NCBI GenBank assembly: GCA_965221695.1
Contig: OZ244905.1
Location: 2,816,001 to 2,880,000 of the forward strand
Length of the DNA: 64,000 nucleotides
Direction of reading: 5' to 3'
Source: Gammaproteobacteria bacterium
Lineage (GTDB): Bacteria; Pseudomonadota; Gammaproteobacteria; Eutrophobiales; Eutrophobiaceae
Program-made: the position numbers and the translations under genes
Part shown: positions 1 to 9,757 of the stretch, piece by piece
Layout: each line of letters opens with the position of its first letter
How positions within the stretch are numbered: the first letter of the stretch is position 1
Notes under the pieces: generated by a model
The model's input: the letters and a program-made list of their open reading frames with translations, nothing else
Database searches by the model: none
What the model was told of the DNA's origin: nothing

Positions 1-350
1 TTCCAGATAATCGGCAGTATCAACAGCGTCTGGCCGATGATGATGGCGCTGATCGTATACAACAGCCCCAGGTGGCCCAAGGCTCCCTGTCTCGTCAGCA
101 GGCCATACAGCAACAGGCCCACCACCACCGTGGGCAGGGCCATCAGGGTATTCAGCATCTGCTGCAACAGGCGCTTGCCGGGAAATTCCTTCAGCACCAC
201 CAGGATGCCCAGGGGGATGCCGAACAGCGATGCCAGCGCCACCGCAACCACCGATATCTGCAGCGAAGTCCAAACGACCGTATAGATTTCCCGGTCAAAA
301 CTGACAATCAGCGCCAGTGCCGCGCTGAACGCGGCGGAAAAGAAATCCAT
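1..350 (-). CDS. tupB: Tungstate ABC transporter permease, 5' part (runs off window start)
   Basis: Not in the ORF track. Manual translation from ATG at 350: MDFFSAAFSAALALIVSFDREIYTVVWTSLQIS...FPGKRLLQQMLNTLMALPTVVVGLLLYGLLTRQGALGHLGLLYT, typical of TupB-type permeases. Confidence 0.8.
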   Translation of the reverse strand, partial: MDFFSAAFSAALALIVSFDREIYTVVWTSLQISVVAVALASLFGIPLGILVVLKEFPGKRLLQQMLNTLMALPTVVVGLLLYGLLTRQGALGHLGLLYTISAIIIGQTLLILPIIW

Positions 351-357
351 CGTAACT

Positions 358-720
358 TCAGGAGGCAGTGAGTCCCAGGATCGCCAGCAACAACGCGATC
401 AACGCCAGCACAAAGGCAAACGCGGACCGTTGCTGCGCCCGCTGCAGGGACTCGGCCAGCGCCTCGTTCTGACGCGCAAGCTGCTCGATGAGCCGGAGCT
501 GCTCGACACTGGCTTGATCCATCGAGTCCAGGCGCGCCTGCAGCCTGCCGATCACTTCTTCCAGGTTGTCCAGCGTAACCGGCACCTGTTCGGCGGGCGC
601 GTGCGTGTTCTGTTCCCGCTCCCTGATTAAATCGACCAGCTTGCCGGCTGCCTGGATGATCACGGGGGCGGAATTCAGCAGCGTACCGATGGTAAAAGGA
701 TTCATGAACTTTTTAATCAC
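358..720 (-). CDS. Hypothetical coiled-coil protein with C-terminal membrane anchor
   Basis: 120-aa ORF, heptad-rich middle, hydrophobic C-terminus (AFAFVLALIALLLAILGL); stop lies 7 bp upstream of the tupB start. Confidence 0.65.
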   Translation of the reverse strand: MIKKFMNPFTIGTLLNSAPVIIQAAGKLVDLIREREQNTHAPAEQVPVTLDNLEEVIGRLQARLDSMDQASVEQLRLIEQLARQNEALAESLQRAQQRSAFAFVLALIALLLAILGLTAS

Positions 721-756
721 TCTGATTTCTAACTTAAGGAATTACACGCAAGTGCG

Positions 757-782
757 CTTGAAAAATTTTATCTCATCCCCAT
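757..782 (+). promoter_or_regulatory. Sigma32 (RpoH)-type heat-shock promoter
   Basis: CTTGAAA (757-763), 13-bp spacer, CCCCAT (777-782) matches the RpoH consensus, upstream of two Hsp20 genes. Confidence 0.8.
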
Positions 783-834
783 TTTTTATACCAGTAACAC
801 AGTTAACCCGAACAACCCCTTTGGAGGTGACAAC

Positions 835-1260
835 ATGGTCAGATTATTTACAAGTCCGGTTGACAGCCTTTTGTCATTGCAGAAATCGCTGTCGGATACG
901 ATGCTGAGCGACTGGTTCGGTTCAGGGCTCAGCAGCCGCGGCGGTTTCCCACCGATCAACATTTTCCAGGTGGACGGCGAGTACGCAATCATTGCTGAAC
1001 TGCCCGGCGTCAACAAGGACAGTATCGATATCGATGTCCAACGCAACCGCGTCAGGATTTCAGGCAATAAGGAAGTGAATTACGGTGAAGGCACCAGCCT
1101 GCACCGGCGTGAACGGCAGACCGGTGCGTTTGACCGCACCTTTGCCACGCCGTTTGAAATAGATGCTGAAAAGGTCAAGGCCGATTACCGTGACGGTATC
1201 CTGGCGCTGTCCTTGCCACGCGCCGAGCAGGACAAGCCGCGCTCTATCAGTATTTCCTGA
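835..1260 (+). CDS. Hsp20/alpha-crystallin small heat-shock protein
   Basis: FPPINI...AELPGV...RRER..G.F.R...A.YRDGIL...LPR motifs; GGAGG RBS. Confidence 0.93.
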   Translation: MVRLFTSPVDSLLSLQKSLSDTMLSDWFGSGLSSRGGFPPINIFQVDGEYAIIAELPGVNKDSIDIDVQRNRVRISGNKEVNYGEGTSLHRRERQTGAFDRTFATPFEIDAEKVKADYRDGILALSLPRAEQDKPRSISIS

Positions 1261-1327
1261 GGCGTTATTTCAGCAAGCTCTGAACAAGTCCATAACTACG
1301 ATCCAATATTTCAGGTAGGAGGTTATC

Positions 1328-1726
1328 ATGGCAAAGAATCAAGATTTAACTCCGCAAGAGAAGAAAGAACTCGATGCAAAGGAGGAAAAGACCTATGCCG
1401 GCAAATTTTACATTCCCGGCACCGACATTTTCGAGAGTGGTGATGCAATCACCATGGCGATGGAAATGCCCGGCGTGAGCCGAGACAATATCGACATCAA
1501 ACTGGAGAAGCGCCAGCTTTCGGTCCAGGGCCAAATCGATTTCGATAACTATACCGACTTCAAGCCGGTCTACACGGAATATAATGTCGGCCACTTCAGT
1601 CGCAATTTTACCCTGTCAAGCGAGATCGACACGGATAATATCAAGGCAAACGTCGCCGACGGTGTACTGACACTGGTACTGCCGAAAGCGAAGGAAACCC
1701 AGCTCAGGAAGATCCAGGTCAACTGA
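1328..1726 (+). CDS. Hsp20/alpha-crystallin small heat-shock protein
   Basis: P.TDIFE...EMPGV...F.RNFTL...A..ADGVL.L.LPK; AGGAGG RBS. Confidence 0.93.
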   Translation: MAKNQDLTPQEKKELDAKEEKTYAGKFYIPGTDIFESGDAITMAMEMPGVSRDNIDIKLEKRQLSVQGQIDFDNYTDFKPVYTEYNVGHFSRNFTLSSEIDTDNIKANVADGVLTLVLPKAKETQLRKIQVN

Positions 1727-1760
1727 CCGGGAGCCTGCCCGATGCCGGTAACCGGCCCCG

Positions 1761-1790
1761 ACGCAGAGGCGCACTGGTGCGTCTCTGCGT
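1761..1790 (+). terminator. Hairpin after Hsp20 pair (possible terminator)
   Basis: ACGCAGAGGCGCAC-TG-GTGCGTCTCTGCGT, 14-bp stem with one G-T pair; weak U tail. Confidence 0.45.
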
Positions 1791-1812
1791 TAAGCCGTAC
1801 AATACCCGTTAA

Positions 1813-2775
1813 ATGTCGAACAAATCCGAGATTCTCAGGCTCAAGTCCTTTATCTCACGTCATATCATAGGCCAGCAGAAGCTGGTGGACAGGCTGCTCT
1901 TGGCGCTGCTTGCAGACGGACACCTGCTGGTCGAGGGTGCGCCGGGGCTGGCCAAGACCCGCGCCATCAAGGTGCTGGGTGACGCCATTGAGGCCGATTT
2001 CCACCGGGTGCAGTTCACGCCCGACCTGCTGCCCGCCGACCTGACCGGCACCGAGATCTACCGGCCCCAGGACGGTTCATTCCAGTTCCAGCGCGGACCG
2101 CTGTTCCACAACCTTGTGCTAGCAGATGAAGTGAACCGGGCGCCGGCCAAGGTCCAATCCGCATTGCTGGAAGCCATGGCCGAGCGGCAGGTCACCGTAG
2201 GCAGAGAAACCTACCCGCTGCCGCAGTTGTACCTGGTGATGGCAACCCAGAATCCCATCGAGCAGGAAGGCACGTATCCCCTGCCCGAGGCACAGCTCGA
2301 CCGGTTCCTGCTGCACGTGGAAATCACCTACCCGGAAGCGGCTGAAGAGCGCGCAATCCTGGAGCTCGCCCGGCAGGAGGCCCGGCAGGGTTACGAACCG
2401 GCGCAATCCTCGGCGGTATCACAGGACGCGATTTTTGCCGCCCGTGACGAGGCCCTGAATACCTACATGGCGGACAACCTGGAACAATACCTGGTCCAAT
2501 TGGTGCTGGCCACACGCAGTCCGGATGCATACGGGGACGACCTGGCCCGTTGGCTGCAATATGGCGCCAGCCCGCGGGCAACCATTGCCCTGGACCGTTG
2601 CGCCCGCGTCCATGCGTGGCTTGATGATCGGGATTTTGTCGGGCCGGAGGATGTCCAGGCTGTGGCCGGAGATGTGTTACGCCACCGGCTGATCCTGAAC
2701 TACGAGGCGGAAGCCGAAGGCATCACCACCGACCATGTGACCGGCGAGTTGATCAGCCGCATCGCAGTCCCCTGA
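1813..2775 (+). CDS. moxR: MoxR-family AAA+ ATPase
   Basis: Walker A EGAPGLAKT, RVQFTPDLLPAD, LADEVNRAPAKVQSALLEAM, ATQNPIEQEGTYPLPEAQLDRF. Confidence 0.95.
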   Translation: MSNKSEILRLKSFISRHIIGQQKLVDRLLLALLADGHLLVEGAPGLAKTRAIKVLGDAIEADFHRVQFTPDLLPADLTGTEIYRPQDGSFQFQRGPLFHNLVLADEVNRAPAKVQSALLEAMAERQVTVGRETYPLPQLYLVMATQNPIEQEGTYPLPEAQLDRFLLHVEITYPEAAEERAILELARQEARQGYEPAQSSAVSQDAIFAARDEALNTYMADNLEQYLVQLVLATRSPDAYGDDLARWLQYGASPRATIALDRCARVHAWLDDRDFVGPEDVQAVAGDVLRHRLILNYEAEAEGITTDHVTGELISRIAVP

Positions 2776-2782
2776 CAGCATT

Positions 2783-3736
2783 ATGCAGGCAACCCCCCCT
2801 GCCTCCGTTGCAGACCCGGTGCGGGTATCCGTGCCGGACCTGGTGGGTCTGAGCCAGGCCGCCGCCTCTATCCGGATGGGGCGCGGCAGGATATTGTCCA
2901 GACAAAGCGGAGATTACCAGTCACCGTTCCGGGGCCGGGGTATGGAGTTCGACGAGTCCAGGTTATACCAACCCGGCGACGATATCCGTAATATTGACTG
3001 GCGGGTGACGGCCAGGACCGGCAAGACCCACACGAAACTCTTTCGCGAGGAGCGCGAGCGCCCGGTATTTGTCTGGATTGACTTGCGCAGGCCCATGCAC
3101 TTCGCCACCCGCGGCAGGTATAAATCGGTCCTGGCCGCGCAACTCGCAGCGCTGATTGCCTGGAGCGCGCTGAACAATGGGGACCGGGTCGGGGGAGTAA
3201 TATTTTCCGAACAGGAACACCATGAACTGAAACCCCAGCGCGGCAGAACCGCGGCGCTGCGCTTGATCAACCGTATTGTCAATGATGTGGCCTGGTCGCC
3301 GCAAGCAACAGCAGGGGGCGACCGGCAGTCGTTGGAGCATGCCTTGCAGCGCCTGCAGCGGGTGGCGCGGCCGGGCAGCCTGATCTTCCTGATCAGCGAT
3401 TTTCGCGAACTCGAATCCGACGCGGAGATTCCCCTGGCGAGACTGTGCCGGCACAACGAGGTTGGAATGCTGTTCGTGTACGACCGGCTTGAGCAGGAGC
3501 TGCCACCGCCCGGCCGTTACCGGGTCAGCGATGCCGGTCGGGAGTTCATGCTGGATACCTCGGACAGTCACCTGGCGATGCAGCACCGGAAACAGTTCCG
3601 CGAACGTATGCACAGGTTGCGCCAGCTTGCGGTCGCCAACAGGATGCTGTTGCTGCCCTGCAGGACTGACGCCGAACCACTGACCTTATTGATGAGCGGG
3701 CTGAAAGCGGGAAAACTCAAAACCCCCGCAGCGTGA
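2783..3736 (+). CDS. DUF58 domain protein
   Basis: GRGMEFDESRLYQPGDDIRNIDWRVTAR signature; follows moxR. Confidence 0.92.
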   Translation: MQATPPASVADPVRVSVPDLVGLSQAAASIRMGRGRILSRQSGDYQSPFRGRGMEFDESRLYQPGDDIRNIDWRVTARTGKTHTKLFREERERPVFVWIDLRRPMHFATRGRYKSVLAAQLAALIAWSALNNGDRVGGVIFSEQEHHELKPQRGRTAALRLINRIVNDVAWSPQATAGGDRQSLEHALQRLQRVARPGSLIFLISDFRELESDAEIPLARLCRHNEVGMLFVYDRLEQELPPPGRYRVSDAGREFMLDTSDSHLAMQHRKQFRERMHRLRQLAVANRMLLLPCRTDAEPLTLLMSGLKAGKLKTPAA

Positions 3737-3740
3737 TCCG

Positions 3741-4271
3741 ATGCAGACTCCCTTTCTTCCGACTGATCCATCGACCCTGCCGCTGAGGGAAATCCATCTC
3801 CCCGAGAGTGTCGGCTGGTGGCCGCCGGCGCCCGGATGGTGGCTCCTGCCGGTGCTGCTGATACTGGGGCTGGCCGCAGCCTGGTACGGTCGTCACCTGT
3901 ACCGGCAACACAACTATTCCGCGATCAGCATGGCCCGAAAGGAACTAGCCAAAATACGTTCCCGTTATGCCTCCGACCAGGATGCTGGCGATTGTGTCCG
4001 GGCCGTTTCCGGCCTGTTGCGGCGCGTGAGCATCAGTGTCTTCCCCAGGGTAGAGAGCGCCGGACTCACGGGCGCCGACTGGCTCGCATTTTTGCGTTCG
4101 GAACATGAAGAACGGAACAGACAGGTTGAGATACCGGATCATATCGGCAAGTTGTTGCTCGAAGCGCCATACCGCCGGCAGGTAGCTCATGAGGAGGTTG
4201 AAGACCTGATCGGCTTCTGCTCGGACTGGATCGAAGCCGTGCCCCGAAATTCTCGCCGGGCGCTGCGATGA
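3741..4271 (+). CDS. DUF4381 domain protein
   Basis: LREIHLPESVGWWPPAPGWW motif, single TM helix, position in Bat operon. Confidence 0.88.
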   Translation: MQTPFLPTDPSTLPLREIHLPESVGWWPPAPGWWLLPVLLILGLAAAWYGRHLYRQHNYSAISMARKELAKIRSRYASDQDAGDCVRAVSGLLRRVSISVFPRVESAGLTGADWLAFLRSEHEERNRQVEIPDHIGKLLLEAPYRRQVAHEEVEDLIGFCSDWIEAVPRNSRRALR

Positions 4272-5260
4272 TAGGGTTTGAATGGCCCTGGCTGGCGCTG
4301 TTGTTGCCGTTGCCGTATTTGGTTTACCGTTACGCGCGGCCCTGGAATGCAGCAACGGGTTCTGCATTACGGGTGCCGTTTCTTGATGATTTTGTCGAAC
4401 CCGAACCGGATACGGTAAAACAAGTCCGCACCTGGCCCCTGTGGCTGGCGCTGGCGGTATGGATCCTGCTGGTGCTGTCCGCGATGCGCCCGCAATGGCT
4501 GGGTGAACTGGTCGAGGTCCCAATCAGCGGCCGGGAACTGATGCTGGCAATCGACCTGTCTGGCAGTATGGAACAGCAGGATTTTGTCCTCGGCGGCAGG
4601 CGTATTGACCGGCTCACGGCCACCAAGCGGGTTGCCGGTGATTTCATTGAGCGCCGGGTAGGCGACCGCATCGGCCTCATCCTGTTCGGGGAACAGGCCT
4701 ACCTGCAGGCGCCGCTCACGTTTGACCGTAAAACAGTGAGCACGCTGTTGTCCGAAGCCGTGATCGGGCTTGCCGGCAAGGCGACCGCCATCGGCGATGC
4801 GATTGGGCTGGCGGTGAAGCGCCTGCGTGAGCGCGCCGCAAGCCAGCGGGTGCTGGTACTGTTGACGGACGGCGCCAACACCGCCGGCGTGGTGGACCCG
4901 CTATCCGCGGCGCAACTGGCTAGCCGCGAGGGCCTGAAAATTTATACTGTCGGCATCGGCGCAACGGAACTGCTTGAACGCACGCTGTTCGGGACCCGCA
5001 GGAGCAATCCGTCGGCGGACCTCGATGAAGCGGCCCTGAGGGAGATTGCCGAACTGACCGGCGGCGCTTATTTCCGCGCCCGCGACCTGGATGAACTTGA
5101 ACGCATCTATGCCCTGATAGATGAAATGGAACCCATCGAACAGGAACCGAAGCAGTATCGGCCGCGTAAAGCCCTGTATTATTGGCCCCTGGCCGCGGCG
5201 CTCGTGCTCGGCGCGATCCTGGGACTGGCCCGGGTTTCCCACAGGTCGGCTTGGAGATAA
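4268..5260 (+). CDS. batA: VWA domain protein (BatA-like)
   Basis: N-terminal FEWPW TM, MIDAS DLSGSM, TAIGDAI, LLTDG. Confidence 0.88.
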   Translation: MIGFEWPWLALLLPLPYLVYRYARPWNAATGSALRVPFLDDFVEPEPDTVKQVRTWPLWLALAVWILLVLSAMRPQWLGELVEVPISGRELMLAIDLSGSMEQQDFVLGGRRIDRLTATKRVAGDFIERRVGDRIGLILFGEQAYLQAPLTFDRKTVSTLLSEAVIGLAGKATAIGDAIGLAVKRLRERAASQRVLVLLTDGANTAGVVDPLSAAQLASREGLKIYTVGIGATELLERTLFGTRRSNPSADLDEAALREIAELTGGAYFRARDLDELERIYALIDEMEPIEQEPKQYRPRKALYYWPLAAALVLGAILGLARVSHRSAWR

Positions 5261-5332
5261 GCCGGATCGTGAGGCCTTCAGACACGCGAAACTGGTATGA
5301 AATCCAGGGCTTGAACCGGGTAGTCTTTGAAT

Positions 5333-7138
5333 ATGATTGATTTGGACTTGTTTCACTTTTTGCGGCCGCAATGGTTCATTGCCCTGGCGCCGCTGGCGTT
5401 GCTGATTTGGTTCATGTTCTTCAGGAAAGGCGCGCAGAGCAACTGGGAAACAGTGGTCGACCCGCGTCTGCTGCCGCACATTCTGGTCCGTGGCGCGGGC
5501 AGACCGCGGCGCACGGCGATCATACTGACCCTGACAGGCGGACTGTTGGGCATTCTGGCGCTGGCAGGCCCGGCCTGGGACAAATTGCCGCAACCGGTAT
5601 TCACCTCTCAGGATGCGCTGGTTATCGCATTGGACCTGACGCGTTCGATGAATGCCAACGATGTGTCCCCGAGCAGGCTGGAGCGGGCGCGCTACAAGAT
5701 CAGCGATATCCTGGATCAGCGCCGGGAAGGACAGACGGCCTTGCTGGTTTATGCCGGGGACGCGTTTACGGTTACACCTCTGACTGATGACGCGGCAACC
5801 ATCAAGTCGCAGTTGAACGCGCTCAGCCCCGGCATTATGCCGGCAACCGGCAACCGCGCCGACAAGGCCATTGACCTGGCGTCGGACCTGCTCAAACAAG
5901 CCGGTATGCGCCGCGGCCATACGCTGCTGATCACCGATGATGCGAACCTGGATGACGCCGGGGACCGCGCGGCAGCGCTGCGCAACGCCGGTTATCGCCT
6001 GTCCGTACTGGGTGTCGGCACGCGCCATGGCGCGCCGGTGTTGCTGCCAGACGGCGGCTTCCTGCAAGACCGAAGCGGCGACATCGTGATCCCCGTTCTC
6101 GATGAACGCGCGTTGCGCGCGCTGGCTGACTCCGGTGGCGGTATTTATGCGCGTGTGAGCAAGGATGATCAAGACATTACGCGCTTGAGCGGGTTCTTCG
6201 CCGCCGCGCGGCCCGGCGGCGAGCAGGCAGACTCCGATATCACTGCCGATGTCTGGCGTGAGCAAGGCCCCTGGCTGGTATTGGGTCTGCTGCCCTTGGG
6301 CGCGCTGCTGTTCCGGCGTGGTATGGTCCTGGCGCTGGCGTTGCTTGTGTTTCCCTCTATTGATCCGGCACAGGCGTTCGACTGGGAGAGTTTGTGGTTG
6401 CGCAAAGACCAGCAGGGACAGCGCGCTATGGTTGACGGAGATTATGCAACCGCCGCCGGTTTGTTCAATGACCCTGCGTGGAAAGCCGCCGCACAACACC
6501 GGAGCGGGAATTACCAGGGCGCCATCGATAGTCTGGAGGCGCTTGACGATACGCTAAGCCATTACAACAGGGGCAACGCGCTGGCCCGACTGGGGCGCTA
6601 CCAGGAGGCCATTGCCGCTTACGACCGGACCCTGGCCGAGCAGCCGGATCACGCCGACGCATTATTCAACAAAGAATTGCTGGAACAAGAGCTGGCGCAG
6701 CAACAGCAACAACCGCAACAGAATCAGGGACAGCAGGACCAGGAAGCGAGCCAACAGACCGGGCAAGAATCCGAAGCGGGGAACGGCGAACAGGATCAGC
6801 AATCGCAACAGGATCAGCAACAGGCCGGGCAGGATCAGCAACAACAGTCCCGGTCTCCTCAGGCAGGAGAAAAGCAGGAGCACGAAGACCGGAGTGAAAC
6901 CCCGCAACCGGAAACAGGTGAGCAGGCGCAACAGCAGCCACAACCTGAACAGGGCCGGCAGGGGAGGGAGCAAACCATGGCCGAGGCCGCGGCGCAGAAG
7001 ACTGCCGAGGAACAGCAGGCCACCGAGCAGTGGTTACGGCGGATACCGGACGACCCATCGGGGCTGCTGCGGAGAAAATTCCGTTATCAGTACCAGCAGC
7101 GCAACTATGAGAACAACGGTGATGAACAGAGTTGGTAA
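5333..7138 (+). CDS. batB: VWA + TPR protein (BatB/BatC-like fusion) with Gln-rich linker
   Basis: FHFLRPQW, DLTRSM VWA motif, TPR YNRGNALARLG, Q-rich stretch, WLRRIPDDPSGLLRRKF C-terminus. Confidence 0.85.
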   Translation: MIDLDLFHFLRPQWFIALAPLALLIWFMFFRKGAQSNWETVVDPRLLPHILVRGAGRPRRTAIILTLTGGLLGILALAGPAWDKLPQPVFTSQDALVIALDLTRSMNANDVSPSRLERARYKISDILDQRREGQTALLVYAGDAFTVTPLTDDAATIKSQLNALSPGIMPATGNRADKAIDLASDLLKQAGMRRGHTLLITDDANLDDAGDRAAALRNAGYRLSVLGVGTRHGAPVLLPDGGFLQDRSGDIVIPVLDERALRALADSGGGIYARVSKDDQDITRLSGFFAAARPGGEQADSDITADVWREQGPWLVLGLLPLGALLFRRGMVLALALLVFPSIDPAQAFDWESLWLRKDQQGQRAMVDGDYATAAGLFNDPAWKAAAQHRSGNYQGAIDSLEALDDTLSHYNRGNALARLGRYQEAIAAYDRTLAEQPDHADALFNKELLEQELAQQQQQPQQNQGQQDQEASQQTGQESEAGNGEQDQQSQQDQQQAGQDQQQQSRSPQAGEKQEHEDRSETPQPETGEQAQQQPQPEQGRQGREQTMAEAAAQKTAEEQQATEQWLRRIPDDPSGLLRRKFRYQYQQRNYENNGDEQSW

Positions 7139-8885
7139 AGCAAGCGGTGCAGACAACGCCGGCTCGCAGTTGAAACGCAGCCTCTGCCCGCTGCTACTTC
7201 TTATATTGCCGGTAATCTCCGGGTGGGTGGGCGCGGCAACCATTACCGTCCAAACAGATCGGAACCCGGCCGTGTTGCAGGAATCCTTCCGGCTGATCTT
7301 CGAAGCCAGCGGCGATGTGGACGGCGATCCCGATTTCACCCCACTGGAGAAAGATTTCCAGGTGCTGTCCACAAGTACCAGTACCAGCATGAGTATCGTC
7401 AATACCCGAATCACCCGTACCAAGCAGTGGCAACTGACCCTGATGCCGCGAACCGCCGGCAACCTGGTCATCCCCGCGATCGCTTTCGGCAAGGATGAAA
7501 GCCCGCAGACTTCGCTGACGGTCATACAGGCGGGCGCCGGCGCGGCAGGTCAGGACGCGCCGGATATATTCATAAAGGTAGAGGCAGTTCCCGCTTCGGT
7601 TTACGTCCAATCGCAAGTGATTTATACGCTAAAGCTGTATCGCGCCGTCGCCACGTCCAATGATACCTTATCCGAACCTGTGTTCAGCCGGGGTAGCGCG
7701 ATCATTGAACTGCTGGATGCGGGCCGGAGTTATGATACGTTTGTTGAAGGCAGGCGTTACCGCGTATTTCAAAGAAGCTTCGCAATCTATCCGCAGGTCA
7801 GCGGCAACCTGCTGATCGAACCTCTGCGCTTTCAGGGACAATTGGCGCCTGCTTCGCAGTTCAGTCTCGACCCCTTCGGCGCCGGAGCAAGGACGCTGGT
7901 AAGGCAATCGGAAGCTGTCGAGTTGCAGGTCAAGCCAGTCCCAACCACTTATCAGGCCAGGCACTGGTTGCCTGCGACTGACGTGAAAATCACCGAGAAG
8001 TGGTCAAAAAACCCGCTTGAGTTGTTGTCCAATGAACCGGCAACCCGCACTTTGACGTTGACTGCGCAGGGATTGACCGGAAGCCAGTTGCCGGAGCTCC
8101 GGGATCTGCTGCCTGACAGTTTCAGACAATATCCCGACCAGCCGGCGCTGGATAATTGGAGGACGGCCGCTGGCATGACAGGGGTAAGGGTACAGAAAAA
8201 TGCGATCATTCCGGGGCAGCCGGGCGAATACATGCTGCCGGAACTCTCGCTGCCATGGTGGAACACGGCGACGCAGACGCTGGAATATGCGGTACTGCCG
8301 GAACGGCGCGTGCGGGTCGCGGCAGCCGCTCCCGATGCCGCTCTGGACATGCCGGAATTGCCTGCTCCGGATATCGGCGCGCAGGTACCAGGGCAGGCGG
8401 CGCCGGAATCGGAAACATCCGGCGCTGATGCAACGGACGCCTCTCCCGGCATATCGACCTGGCAATGGCTTGCCGGCATCCTGGGTATTGGCTGGCTGGT
8501 TACCGTTGGTTATTTTCTGCAAGACCGCAGGCGCGCGCGGGCAGCGAATCCCCGGCCGCACACAGAGCATCTCAGAACCGCGCGCAAAGCCCTCAAACAG
8601 GCCTGCCGGGATAATGATCCGCAACAGGCAAAAACAGCGCTGCTGAACTGGGCGAGCGCGCGCCCGCACGGGCCGCCAGCCGCGAGCCTGGGCGAGCTCG
8701 AGCGGCAAAGCGGCGGCAGCTTGGCAACTGAAATACGCGCTCTGTCGCGCCGGTTGTATTCCCGCGATGCTGAGGAGCGCTGGCGCGGCGAATCGCTGTG
8801 GCAGGCATTCCTGGACGAAGAAAAGTCGACCGTTGCCGAAACGGCCCCGGAGCGCGGTAAGCTGGAACCGTTGTTCAGGTTATAG
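7122..8885 (+). CDS. batD: BatD family protein
   Basis: Signal peptide then VQTDRNP.V..ESF.L, PDFTPLEKDF.VL, YVQSQV.Y; start placed at ATG 7122 (ORF-track extension from 6612 overlaps batB). Confidence 0.85.
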   Translation: MNRVGKASGADNAGSQLKRSLCPLLLLILPVISGWVGAATITVQTDRNPAVLQESFRLIFEASGDVDGDPDFTPLEKDFQVLSTSTSTSMSIVNTRITRTKQWQLTLMPRTAGNLVIPAIAFGKDESPQTSLTVIQAGAGAAGQDAPDIFIKVEAVPASVYVQSQVIYTLKLYRAVATSNDTLSEPVFSRGSAIIELLDAGRSYDTFVEGRRYRVFQRSFAIYPQVSGNLLIEPLRFQGQLAPASQFSLDPFGAGARTLVRQSEAVELQVKPVPTTYQARHWLPATDVKITEKWSKNPLELLSNEPATRTLTLTAQGLTGSQLPELRDLLPDSFRQYPDQPALDNWRTAAGMTGVRVQKNAIIPGQPGEYMLPELSLPWWNTATQTLEYAVLPERRVRVAAAAPDAALDMPELPAPDIGAQVPGQAAPESETSGADATDASPGISTWQWLAGILGIGWLVTVGYFLQDRRRARAANPRPHTEHLRTARKALKQACRDNDPQQAKTALLNWASARPHGPPAASLGELERQSGGSLATEIRALSRRLYSRDAEERWRGESLWQAFLDEEKSTVAETAPERGKLEPLFRL

Positions 8886-9680
8886 CTTGACGAACTTCAT
8901 GGTCATCCGGTCACTTTCGCCGATGGCGGCATACTTCTCCCTGTCTTCGTCGCCCAGACGATAGGTCGGCGGCAAGGTCCAGACGCCTTCGGGATGGTCT
9001 TTGGTGTCCTTCGGGTTGGCGTTGATCTCTGATTTATCAACCAGTTCGAAACCGGTGTCTTCCAGCAGCCGGATCAGGTAACTTTCCGGCACGTAGCCGC
9101 GTTCGGCGGTTTCTTTTGCATCACTCCCGGCCTCGGCGCGGTGCTGCACTACTCCCAGGATGCCGCCGGGCTTCAATACCCGGTACAGCGCCTGGTACAC
9201 GTCCTCGACCCCACCAAACCGGATCCAGTTATGGGTGTTGCGGAACGTAAGCGCCATATCGAAACTTTCATCCTCGAAGTCCGCCAGATACCCGTTTCCA
9301 TTGAACACCCCGACCACCACTTTCCCATAGATGTCCGGCTGCTGTTCAAACTTTTCGATCATACCGTTGTGCAGGTTGCGCAGGAATTCGACCGAATGTT
9401 CAGGGCCGAAGCTGGCGACCGCGAGCAAACCATCATCCTTGAGGTAAGGCGCCAGTATCTCCGTATACCAGCCGGCGCCGGGCAGGATTTCCAGCGCCTG
9501 CGTATCCGGTTTGATACCAAAGAATGTCAGCGTGTCATAGGGATGACGATAAACGTCCCGAGCGACATTTTTTGCATCCCTATGTTCCGAGGCGAGCGCT
9601 TTCTCCAGCAGGTCGCCCTCTTGTTCGGCACAACCCGGAAGCGCCAGCGATAATATTAATAACAGGACTGGAATGCGCAT
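8880..9680 (-). CDS. Exported class I SAM-dependent methyltransferase-like lipoprotein
   Basis: RD.YRHP..TL.FFG, EILPGAGWYTEILAP, FRNTHNW, GESDRMT.KF; possible lipobox LPGC; AAGGAG RBS before ATG 9680. Confidence 0.85.
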   Translation of the reverse strand: MRIPVLLLILSLALPGCAEQEGDLLEKALASEHRDAKNVARDVYRHPYDTLTFFGIKPDTQALEILPGAGWYTEILAPYLKDDGLLAVASFGPEHSVEFLRNLHNGMIEKFEQQPDIYGKVVVGVFNGNGYLADFEDESFDMALTFRNTHNWIRFGGVEDVYQALYRVLKPGGILGVVQHRAEAGSDAKETAERGYVPESYLIRLLEDTGFELVDKSEINANPKDTKDHPEGVWTLPPTYRLGDEDREKYAAIGESDRMTMKFVKL

Positions 9681-9757
9681 GGTGTGTTCTCCTTGGAGTG
9701 TCATGAACGGTATTGCATCAGCATAACATGCTCCGTCATTATAGAAAATGGGAATTG

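Noticed and set aside
790-837. Possible RNA thermometer in the Hsp20 5' UTR
   Set aside because: Only a short CCCCT/GGAGG pairing; no ROSE or fourU motif could be confirmed by eye
4901-6499. 532-aa minus-strand ORF
   Set aside because: Antisense shadow of batA/batB in GC-rich DNA; no recognisable motifs
6690-6960. CAG/CAA-rich repeats
   Set aside because: Ordinary Gln-rich linker of BatB/C proteins; no regular spacers, not CRISPR
6612-7121. N-terminal extension of the 757-aa BatD ORF
   Set aside because: Alternative frame of the Gln-rich batB linker; the BatD signal peptide starts after 7122
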